A stretch of 10,589 bases of DNA from an uncultured Methanosarcinales archaeon (GCA_964508575.1 CAZDUE010000049.1:1-10589); one strand, 5' to 3'. Shown: positions 1-5,937, numbered from the stretch's first letter. Numbers and translations: made by a program. The notes: generated by a model from the letters alone, not told the origin.

Positions 1-135
1 TTAGGAATTGGAAGTTCTGGGCTTACTGAAGTTTTTAATGAAAAATTAAATCCAGAACTTGAAAAGTGCTTAAGACTTTGGCCTCATAAATCTAGAACTC
101 AGGGATTTTTTGTAGCTAATTTGAGGAAAGTTTAA
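1..135 (+). CDS. 5'-truncated CDS: C-terminal end of an RsmB/Nop2/Sun family RNA (cytosine-C5) methyltransferase
   Basis: Frame 1 translates without stops to LGIGSSGLTEVFNEKLNPELEKCLRLWPHKSRTQGFFVANLRKV*. The terminal P-H...G-F-F-x-A-x-L-R-K motif is the characteristic C-terminus of Sun/NOL1/RsmB methyltransferases. The stop is TAA at 133-135. The ORF is absent from the supplied track only because its start lies outside the window. Confidence 0.6.
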   Translation, partial: LGIGSSGLTEVFNEKLNPELEKCLRLWPHKSRTQGFFVANLRKV

Positions 136-164
136 ATACATGTACACATACACATATATGTATG
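136..164. repeat. 29-nt perfect purine/pyrimidine alternating tract (ATACATGTACACATACACATATATGTATG) with nested palindromes ACATGT, TGTACA and ACATATATGT
   Basis: Read directly from the sequence: strict R-Y alternation from 136 to 164, broken only by GG at 164-165. It runs from just after the upstream stop codon into the ATG of the antitoxin gene. Confidence 0.8.
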
Positions 165-404
165 GGAACTAAAACAATCTCAATAATGGATGATGCATAT
201 GAAATACTTTTAAAAGCTAAGCGCAAGGATGAAAGTTTTTCTGATGTAATTAGAAGAATGTCAGCAAAAAAAGATATAACTAAATACATAGGAGCTTGGA
301 ACATGTCTGATTCAGAAGCAGAAGATATTAAGAATATCATTAAAGATTTAAGGAAAAAATCTGATAAAGAACTTATTAATAAAGTGGAGAGAATGATGAA
401 ATGA
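162..404 (+). CDS. vapB: VapB-like antitoxin (archaeal COG1753/UPF0330-type small antitoxin)
   Basis: 80 aa. The N-terminal T-I-S-I-(M)-D-D-A-Y-E-I-L-L-K-A-K-R-K-D-E-S-F-S-D-V-I-R-R matches the conserved T-I-x-I-x-D/E-E-x-Y-x-x-L...E-S-F-S-D-V-I signature of the archaeal antitoxins paired with PIN toxins. The stop overlaps the downstream PIN gene by 4 nt (ATGA). Translation might start instead at the internal ATG at 186 (MDDAYEILL...). Confidence 0.7.
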   Translation: MGTKTISIMDDAYEILLKAKRKDESFSDVIRRMSAKKDITKYIGAWNMSDSEAEDIKNIIKDLRKKSDKELINKVERMMK

Positions 405-784
405 TTTGTATTGATTCTGATTGCATAATAGATGCTTTGAGAGGAGATGAAAAAGCAGCTAATATGGTAATTAAACATAAAGATGAATTAGTCTCAACTG
501 AGCTTAATGTATTTGAAGTTTTTATCGGAATATATCTTAAAAAATCAGAAAAAGAAAAATTGATTGCAGAAGACTTTTTCAAAGATATAGAAATTCTATC
601 AGGAGAAAACTGGGGTAAGAAAGCAGCAGAGATTAAATCTCAATTAATAAAAAAAGGTAAAGAAATTGACCAGAATGATTGTATCATTGCTTCAATAATG
701 TTAGTAAATGGCTGCAACAAAATAATAACTAGAAATAAAAATCATTTCTCAAGAATTGAAGAGATTGAAGTTATAGAGTACTAA
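401..784 (+). CDS. vapC: PIN-domain ribonuclease toxin VapC
   Basis: 127 aa. The acidic residues sit in canonical PIN positions: D in MICIDSD (N-terminus), E in VSTELNVFE, D in QNDCIIAS, and a C-terminal T-R-N-x-x-H-F. The size is typical for VapC. It is translationally coupled to the upstream antitoxin by the ATGA overlap. Confidence 0.8.
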   Translation: MICIDSDCIIDALRGDEKAANMVIKHKDELVSTELNVFEVFIGIYLKKSEKEKLIAEDFFKDIEILSGENWGKKAAEIKSQLIKKGKEIDQNDCIIASIMLVNGCNKIITRNKNHFSRIEEIEVIEY

Positions 785-848
785 ACATTAAATAGTATTA
801 TTTATTCCTTATGTCATGCAAATAAATGATAAGACTAAAGTGATATTT

Positions 849-1073
849 TCAAGAATCAAAAACCATAGTTTGCATTTGTTTATACATTAAAGCTAAATCT
901 TTTTTCCCAAGTTCTTCTGCTGCTTTAGCAGCTCCTGAATATTCTCCTGATCTTTCATACTCTACCATTTGCATTTCTTTGAATTGCCTATCGCCAGTTT
1001 TCTTAAAAGCTCTTTGTAATGTTTCAAGTTTAGAAGTTTGAATCTTATCCAAGATGTTCTCAAGCATTTGCAT
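849..1073 (-). CDS. small hypothetical protein (74 aa), highly charged, predicted helical
   Basis: ATG-initiated ORF that ends convergently with vapC. No motif recognisable by eye. Composition is K/E/Q-rich, like the other proteins here. A TATA-like TTTTATAAGTTTTATATAA lies just upstream on the minus strand, in the 43-nt gap to the preceding gene. Confidence 0.4.
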   Translation of the reverse strand: MQMLENILDKIQTSKLETLQRAFKKTGDRQFKEMQMVEYERSGEYSGAAKAAEELGKKDLALMYKQMQTMVFDS

Positions 1074-1116
1074 AGAAAATAAGAATGTTCAGCAATTATA
1101 TAAAACTTATAAAAGT

Positions 1117-1422
1117 TTAAGTTCTAACTTCAAAAACGTATCCTCCTGCTTCTATTTCTTTTCTGTAAAATTCAAAGAATCTTAAAGCTTCTTCTTCATT
1201 TCTGCTCATGTAAAAAGGTCTGTTAATTCTACGGCTGTGTAAATGGATATAGTACACCCAAAGGTCTGTTCTTTTTCCGTTCTCTTTTAACTGTACGAGT
1301 TCTAACAATAATGTTGCTCTCACAGGAGCTGTTGCTGATGAATTTATATTTTCAGGATTAATAAATACAGTAACTTGATCTATTATTTGTTCAAGTTTTT
1401 CATCTTTAGAAGACATTATCAT
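1117..1422 (-). CDS. hypothetical protein (101 aa), no recognisable family
   Basis: ATG-initiated ORF (MIMSSKDEKLEQIIDQ...YVFEVRT). An A/T-rich TATA-like stretch (TTTTTTTAAAATAA on the minus strand) lies 10-25 nt upstream of the ATG, suggesting a leaderless or short-leader transcript. It is followed 43 nt later by the 849-1073 gene on the same strand. Confidence 0.5.
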   Translation of the reverse strand: MIMSSKDEKLEQIIDQVTVFINPENINSSATAPVRATLLLELVQLKENGKRTDLWVYYIHLHSRRINRPFYMSRNEEEALRFFEFYRKEIEAGGYVFEVRT

Positions 1423-1466
1423 GCTTTTATCCTTATTTTAAAAAAAGTAGACAGCTTTTCTGATTT

Positions 1467-1570
1467 CCCATGACTGAGCACAGTACACACAGAAACGGAA
1501 GCTTGCTTAACTGGGGTGTTCGAAATGGGAACCCGTGTGACCAAGCCCCTATGGCCGTCTATATGCTGGG
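1467..1570. ncRNA. GC-rich island of about 100 nt, roughly 50% GC against roughly 30% background; candidate structured RNA or 5'-leader element, strand and identity undetermined
   Basis: Sequence CCCATGACTGAGCACAGTACACACAGAAACGGAAGCTTGCTTAACTGGGGTGTTCGAAATGGGAACCCGTGTGACCAAGCCCCTATGGCCGTCTATATGCTGGG. Complementary segments include CCCA(1467-1470)/TGGG(1567-1570), GGGG(1513-1516)/CCCC(1546-1549), GTTC/GAAC around a 7-nt loop (1518-1534), and CCCAT/ATGGG. A TTTATAAA box at 1584-1591 on the minus strand could drive a minus-strand transcript through this region. No tRNA cloverleaf could be drawn. Confidence 0.25.
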
Positions 1571-1608
1571 TAAAATTAGGGATTTATAAAGCTTTCTGCG
1601 TCCTTTGG

Positions 1609-2496
1609 CTATTTTGAGTTTTCTGTATTTATTGGAATGTTTAGCAAAGGAACTGCTTTTGAATCTCCTGTCATGTAGAATGTTGGATATTTTCCATCCC
1701 ACTTTGTTGCTCTTATGTAATCTACATAATTAGGGCTTCTTTGTAATTGTTCTTGGACAAGTTTGACCTTTTCAGCTTCTCCTTTTGCTTCTGCAATTGC
1801 AGCATCTCTTTGGGCTTCTGCTCTTACTCTTATTTGGTCTGCTTCCACTCTGATTCTTTGCAAGTCATTATCTGCTTTCAATTTTTGTTGTTCTGCTGTA
1901 ACTTTAGCTTCGATAGCTTGGTTGAATTGTTCGCTGAAATCAAAGTCTGTTATTGAAACTTGTTCAACTATGACATTATACTGATTAAGCTTGTTTTTTA
2001 ATAAATTCTCAATTTCTGTTCTTACAGCTTCACGCTTATTTATGAGATCAGCAGCATTAAATTGTGCAACTGATGCTTTTGTGGCTTCATGAAGTGTTGG
2101 AAGGATAACAGTATCTTCTACTCCGTAATTTGAGGTGGAGACTTCACTATATATTACAGGAGCTTTGCCTCGTGATAAATGATAATTTACAGCAAGTCGT
2201 ACTTTAACAATCTGTAGATCTTTACTTGCAGCACTCTCTAGTGAGTCTGCAGTATCATCCACTCCAAATTTTTGAGTTCTTACATCATATTTGATAATGT
2301 TCTGAATAATGGGAATTTTAAAATGAAGACCTGGCTCTATTGATTTTGGATTTGCCTTGCCGAATGTTAATAAAACTCCTTCTTGTCCTGAGTTAATAAC
2401 ATAAAATGAATTGAATATCAAGATGAATAATAAAATACCGATCATTAGATTTCTTGCTATTTTTTTGATATTATCTTTTGGATTTACAGATGCCAT
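1609..2496 (-). CDS. SPFH/band-7 domain membrane protein (prohibitin/stomatin/HflC-K family)
   Basis: 295 aa. It has an N-terminal hydrophobic helix (LMIGILLFILIFNSFYVI), then the SPFH core signature GQEGVLLTFGK...PGLHFKIPIIQNI..YDVRTQ, followed by a long A/E/Q/R-rich coiled-coil tail typical of the family. GGAGGT Shine-Dalgarno lies 8 nt upstream of the ATG. Confidence 0.9.
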   Translation of the reverse strand: MASVNPKDNIKKIARNLMIGILLFILIFNSFYVINSGQEGVLLTFGKANPKSIEPGLHFKIPIIQNIIKYDVRTQKFGVDDTADSLESAASKDLQIVKVRLAVNYHLSRGKAPVIYSEVSTSNYGVEDTVILPTLHEATKASVAQFNAADLINKREAVRTEIENLLKNKLNQYNVIVEQVSITDFDFSEQFNQAIEAKVTAEQQKLKADNDLQRIRVEADQIRVRAEAQRDAAIAEAKGEAEKVKLVQEQLQRSPNYVDYIRATKWDGKYPTFYMTGDSKAVPLLNIPINTENSK

Positions 2497-2572
2497 GGTT
2501 TAACCTCCTACTGACTTATTTCAATCATATTTTAAGCTGATTTAAAATACTTTTTAATAAATAGTTGTGGAC

Positions 2573-2608
2573 AATAATTAGTCATAAAGAAAACCGCAGC
2601 TAATTATT
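2573..2608. repeat. perfect 9-bp inverted repeat AATAATTAG / CTAATTATT separated by an 18-nt spacer
   Basis: 2573-2581 is the exact reverse complement of 2600-2608. It lies in the intergenic region between the stop of the 2669-3457 gene and the start of the SPFH gene. It is either an operator-like element in the SPFH promoter region or a stem-loop at the 3' end of the upstream gene. Confidence 0.5.
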
Positions 2609-2668
2609 AGTGTGACAAACATTTTTTATTGCTTATTTTTGTCCTGCTCTAAATTGTTCATTCAAAGT

Positions 2669-3457
2669 TTATATCAAATCTTCTTTGCTATGTACATGTT
2701 TTTCTTTTTCTGAGCTTACATATCCATTTAGTAGTCCTTTATGCACTAATGATGGAAATATTTCAGTTTCAAGGCTATGTCCTTCGCGTTCAAGGATTTC
2801 TGGTTCTATTATGAAGATTGGTGAGAATACGAGGTTACTGTCAGCGTCTGATTTTTGGACAAATTCTATTATTTTGGTGCCTTGCATTCTTACACTGCCT
2901 TTATGTGCTGGTTCTGAAGAAGTAGTAAGCATTATTGTTGCACTGCTCCGGTTATTAAGATGGTTATTCCAGAAATCTTCAATATTGACATTGTCAAAGA
3001 TTATGTCGCTGTAAACTACTAGTGCTCGTTCTTTTAGTTTAGCTTTAAGATATCTTAGGGAATCAGCTGTTCCTCTTGATGTTTTCTCTTCAACATAGTT
3101 GATTTTTACTCCAAATTCAGAGCCGTCTTTTAATATATCAAAAATTCCAGTTAATACTTTATGTCTGGCAATGATGTAAATCTCTTTAAAATCGCTTTCT
3201 CTTAGTTTTTTTATTGCTCTGGATATTATTGTTTCATTTTTTAATTTCCCTAGAGGTCTGAAAATATCAAGACCTTTTATTTTTAGATCTTCTTCATTTC
3301 CTCCTGATAATATTACCGCAGTTCTTTTTTCACCTATTGCAGTTCTAGCGAGAAATTCTATTGCTTGGCTTCTATTTCTTATAGTTATATTGTCAATATA
3401 TTCATCTATTTTTTTAAGTATCTCTTTCTCGATTGTTATGCTTATTTTTTCTTTCAT
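2669..3457 (-). CDS. fusion protein: N-terminal ribbon-helix-helix (NikR/CopG-type) DNA-binding domain + sugar-phosphate nucleotidyltransferase-like domain with a degenerate NTP-binding loop; candidate transcriptional regulator
   Basis: The N-terminal KISITIEKEILKKIDEYIDNITIRNRSQAIEFLAR fits the RHH pattern (alternating beta-strand, helix A, N-R-S-x-A-I turn, helix B); compare NikR TITLDDDLLETLD...NNRSEAIRDILR. The remainder aligns along its whole length with RmlA/GlmU-type nucleotidyltransferases: AVILSGG, LKDGSEFGVKINYVEEKTSRGTADSL versus [32 protein letters not shown] versus LGDNIF, QKSDADSNL versus EKPKQPKSN. The G-x-G-T-R-L loop, however, reads SGGNEEDLK, with no Thr-Arg. The track ORF begins at a TTG at 3466; the first ATG, at 3455-3457 (MKEKISITI...), is the more likely start. 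Confidence 0.8.
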   Translation of the reverse strand: MKEKISITIEKEILKKIDEYIDNITIRNRSQAIEFLARTAIGEKRTAVILSGGNEEDLKIKGLDIFRPLGKLKNETIISRAIKKLRESDFKEIYIIARHKVLTGIFDILKDGSEFGVKINYVEEKTSRGTADSLRYLKAKLKERALVVYSDIIFDNVNIEDFWNNHLNNRSSATIMLTTSSEPAHKGSVRMQGTKIIEFVQKSDADSNLVFSPIFIIEPEILEREGHSLETEIFPSLVHKGLLNGYVSSEKEKHVHSKEDLI

Positions 3458-3466
3458 GAGATTCAA

Positions 3467-3514
3467 TCAAAATGATATGATAAACAAATATATAAATTTA
3501 TCGGATAAGGTAGG
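3467..3514. promoter_or_regulatory. compact bidirectional promoter region with a near-palindromic TATA element and candidate operator
   Basis: AAATATATAAATTT at 3486-3499 is almost self-complementary. It sits about 22 nt from the + strand ATG at 3515 and about 30 nt from the minus-strand ATG at 3457, so it could serve as the TATA box for both divergent genes. An 11-bp palindrome TTATCGGATAA (3498-3508) overlaps the predicted + strand transcription start, and an additional GATAA half-site lies at 3479-3483. Confidence 0.45.
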
Positions 3515-4882
3515 ATGAAGGTAAGATATTTAAACTTGTTGCGTTTTCTTCAAGATAACATGAAAATAGGAATATTCGGCGTGGGATATGTCGGCTTAGT
3601 AACAGGAGCTTGCCTTGCAGAATTAGGAAATCAAGTTATTTGCTATGATATTGATAAAACTAAGATTGATGCTTTAAATAACGGCAAAATTCACATTTAC
3701 GAGCCAGGACTTAAAGAAATGGTTGAAAGGAATTCTAAAATTAAAAACCGACTTGCTTTCACTAATGATCCAGAAGAAACTGTAAAGAATTCTGAGATAA
3801 TATTCATTGCTGTTGGAACTCCTTCTAATGATGATGGCAGCGTGAACTTAAATTATGTAAAAGGAGCTGCTGAATTGATTGCAAAAAACATGGATTCTTA
3901 CAAAATTATTATTAATAAAAGCACAGTGCCTGTTGGAACTGGCAATATTGTTGCAAAAACAATAACGCAAAATTATAAAGGAAATTTCGATGTTGTTTCA
4001 AATCCTGAATTTTTGCGTGAAGGAAACGCAATCCATGATTTTATGCACCCTGATCGTATAGTTATAGGAAATGGTGACGGTGTTCACGGAGCGCATATAG
4101 AAGCTGTAGAAACAGTAAAAAAGTTGTATGCTCCTTTGAAATCCACAATACTTGTTACTGATATAAATAGTGCTGAAATGATAAAATATGCCAGCAATGC
4201 ATATCTTGCAGCTCAGATTTCTTTTATAAATGATCTCGCAAATTTTTCTGAATTAGTGAGCGCGGATATTTCAAAAGTTGCTGAAGGTATGAAACTCGAT
4301 AAAAGAATAGGTAAGCATGCTTTTTTGAATGCAGGAATCGGCTATGGGGGAAGTTGTTTTCCTAAAGATGTTCGAGGAATTATCGATACAGCCAAGGCAA
4401 ATAATTATAATCTCTCAATTCTCGAATCAGTAGAAAAGGTTAATGAGAAGCAGAAGACTCGAATTGTCGAGAAATTAGCTAAACATATCAACATCTCTGG
4501 AAAAAATATTTGCGTTCTAGGGTTAAGTTTCAAGCCTAACACTGATGACATAAGAGAAGCTCCAAGTTTAGATGTAATAAAACTTTTATTAAAAGAAAAA
4601 GCAAAAGTTCGAGTTTATGATCCCGTCTCCATGGATAATGCTAAAAAGCTTTTTTCAGATTCACATTCAGATTCACAAATAGAATTTTCTAAAGATCCTT
4701 ATGAAGCTGCTAAAAATTCAGATGCCCTTTTAATATTGACAGAGTGGAATGAATTTCGCGAGTTAGATATGAAAAAAATAAAAAGCTTAATGAATACTGC
4801 ATTAATAATTGACGGAAGAAACATTTTTGATCCTGTTGAACTTAGATTATTAGGAATAAAATATGAAAGTATTGGAAGGTGA
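3515..4882 (+). CDS. ugd: UDP-glucose 6-dehydrogenase (nucleotide-sugar dehydrogenase family)
   Basis: Rossmann GxGxxG (IGIFGVGYVGLVTGACLAELG), the active-site block GYGGSCFPKD, and the C-terminal UDP-binding domain (LGLSFKPNTDDIREAP) are all present, and the length is typical. An alternative start is the ATG at 3560 (MKIGIFG...), the usual family N-terminus. The 3' end overlaps the next gene by 20 nt. Confidence 0.9.
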   Translation: MKVRYLNLLRFLQDNMKIGIFGVGYVGLVTGACLAELGNQVICYDIDKTKIDALNNGKIHIYEPGLKEMVERNSKIKNRLAFTNDPEETVKNSEIIFIAVGTPSNDDGSVNLNYVKGAAELIAKNMDSYKIIINKSTVPVGTGNIVAKTITQNYKGNFDVVSNPEFLREGNAIHDFMHPDRIVIGNGDGVHGAHIEAVETVKKLYAPLKSTILVTDINSAEMIKYASNAYLAAQISFINDLANFSELVSADISKVAEGMKLDKRIGKHAFLNAGIGYGGSCFPKDVRGIIDTAKANNYNLSILESVEKVNEKQKTRIVEKLAKHINISGKNICVLGLSFKPNTDDIREAPSLDVIKLLLKEKAKVRVYDPVSMDNAKKLFSDSHSDSQIEFSKDPYEAAKNSDALLILTEWNEFRELDMKKIKSLMNTALIIDGRNIFDPVELRLLGIKYESIGR

Positions 4883-5873
4883 GAATATCAAAGCAATAAT
4901 ACCATTGGCGGGAAAAGGAACAAGATTGAGGCCTCATACGTATAGCAAGGCAAAGCCATTGATTCATGTGGCTGGAAAAACCGTTCTCGCTCATATTATT
5001 GATAGGATAAATCCTTTGGGTGTTAATGAATTTATTTTCATCATAGGGGATATGGGAGATCAAATCAAGGATTTTGTAAAGGAAAATTATAAAGATCATG
5101 ATTTAAAAGCAACATTTATCGAGCAAAAAGAACTTTTAGGTGATGGTCATGCAGTTAGTTTGGCAAAAGATTATGTTAATGAAGACATCATCATAGTTTT
5201 TTCGGACACTATTTTTGAAGCAGATCTTAGCAATATAAAAAAAACGAAAAATGACGGGATAATGTTTGTTCACGAAACTCAAGATCCAAAAAGATTCGGA
5301 ATTGTCACTGTGAAAAATAATATTGTCATAGAAGTAGAAGAAAAGCCAGAACATCCTAAATCAAATCTCGCTGCAATAGGTCTTTATTATTTTAAAGACA
5401 GCAGGGCAGTATTTGATGCTCTGGATAAAGTCATAAATCATAAAAAATCCAGTAAAGGAGAATACAGGATTGCAGATGCTCTTGTCATAATGCTCGAGAA
5501 CGGAATAAAATTGGAAGTTGGAAAAGTTGACGAGTGGTTAGATACAGGAAAGCCCGAGACTCTTCTTGAAACTAATAGGATTTTGTTAAGCAAGTATGAA
5601 AACAATCAAAAATCAATACAAGGATCTATCATAATTCCTCCTGTTTGGATTGGCAAGAATTCAAAAATTGAAAATTGCATCATCGGTCCTAATGTAAGTA
5701 TATCTGATAATGTTTTTTTGGAAAGTTCTGTAATTAAGAACAGTATAATTGACAGCAATGCAAAAGTTAAAAGCTGCATCTTATCAGATTCAATAATTGG
5801 ATCAAATTCAAAAGTTACAGACAGATTCAGACGACTTAATGTGGGAGATTCATCAGAGATTCATTACGAATGA
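4863..5873 (+). CDS. sugar-1-phosphate nucleotidyltransferase (glucose-1-phosphate uridylyl/thymidylyltransferase, long form with C-terminal left-handed beta-helix)
   Basis: The N-terminus AIIPLAGKGTRLRPHTYSKAKPLIHVAGK carries an intact G-x-G-T-R-L pyrophosphorylase loop and the K-P-L lysine. The motifs LGDGHAV, EKPEHPKSNLAAIGLYYF and EWLDTG match the RmlA/GlmU core. The C-terminal 90 aa are imperfect hexapeptide repeats (IIGPNVSISDNVFLESSVIKNSIIDSNAKV...), i.e. an LbH domain like that of the long RmlA-type enzymes. Confidence 0.85.
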   Translation: MKVLEGENIKAIIPLAGKGTRLRPHTYSKAKPLIHVAGKTVLAHIIDRINPLGVNEFIFIIGDMGDQIKDFVKENYKDHDLKATFIEQKELLGDGHAVSLAKDYVNEDIIIVFSDTIFEADLSNIKKTKNDGIMFVHETQDPKRFGIVTVKNNIVIEVEEKPEHPKSNLAAIGLYYFKDSRAVFDALDKVINHKKSSKGEYRIADALVIMLENGIKLEVGKVDEWLDTGKPETLLETNRILLSKYENNQKSIQGSIIIPPVWIGKNSKIENCIIGPNVSISDNVFLESSVIKNSIIDSNAKVKSCILSDSIIGSNSKVTDRFRRLNVGDSSEIHYE

Positions 5874-5937
5874 TGTGAATGAATTTGAATGATTTTACCA
5901 TTTAATTTAGCTAAAAAAATTAGTGTAAGGTGATATT

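Noticed and set aside
116-582. Minus-strand ORFs 116-478 (120 aa) and 376-582 (68 aa)
   Set aside because: They lie antisense to the well-supported vapB/vapC and Sun-gene reading frames. Their composition is low-complexity I/S/F-rich, typical of shadow ORFs in AT-rich DNA.
1467-1570. tRNA, C/D-box sRNA or fluoride riboswitch in the GC-rich island
   Set aside because: GTTCGAAAT resembles a T-loop, but no 7-bp acceptor stem, D-arm or anticodon arm can be arranged on either strand. No paired C (RUGAUGA) / D (CUGA) boxes are present. The GGnGAUG...CUGAUGGC fluoride-riboswitch core is absent. The island is kept only as an unclassified ncRNA candidate.
1470-1589. 39-codon GC-rich ORF (MTEHSTHRNGSLLNWGVRNGNPCDQAPMAVYMLGKIRDL)
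   Set aside because: Its composition (G/N/P/H-rich, few K/I) is unlike every other protein in the window. There is no upstream SD or TATA at sensible spacing on the + strand. It is more parsimonious as a chance ORF across a structured-RNA region.
1747-1984. + strand ORFs 1747-1956 and 1763-1984 (Cys/Phe/Ser-rich)
   Set aside because: They are antisense to the SPFH gene, whose product has an unmistakable family signature. Shadow frames.
2685-3014. + strand ORF 2685-3014 (109 aa)
   Set aside because: It is antisense to the RHH-nucleotidyltransferase-like gene, which aligns along its full length to a known fold.
3458-3466. TTG start at 3466 given for the 2669-3466 ORF in the supplied track
   Set aside because: The first three codons (TTG-AAT-CTC) precede an in-frame ATG at 3455-3457 that gives the typical RHH N-terminus MKEKISITI. 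The ATG start also leaves room for the shared promoter, so the CDS was trimmed to 2669-3457.
4842-5354. Minus-strand ORFs 4842-5099 and 5136-5354
   Set aside because: They are antisense to ugd and the pyrophosphorylase gene. Hydrophobic, low-complexity shadow ORFs.
5874-5937. GAATGA-rich stretch (TGATGTGAATGAATTTGAATGATTTT) after the pyrophosphorylase gene
   Set aside because: It is only three loosely spaced copies of a 6-mer in AT-rich DNA. It lies in the 64-nt gap before the epimerase gene and is likely just spacer with the AAGGTGA ribosome-binding site. It was not convincing as a regulatory repeat.
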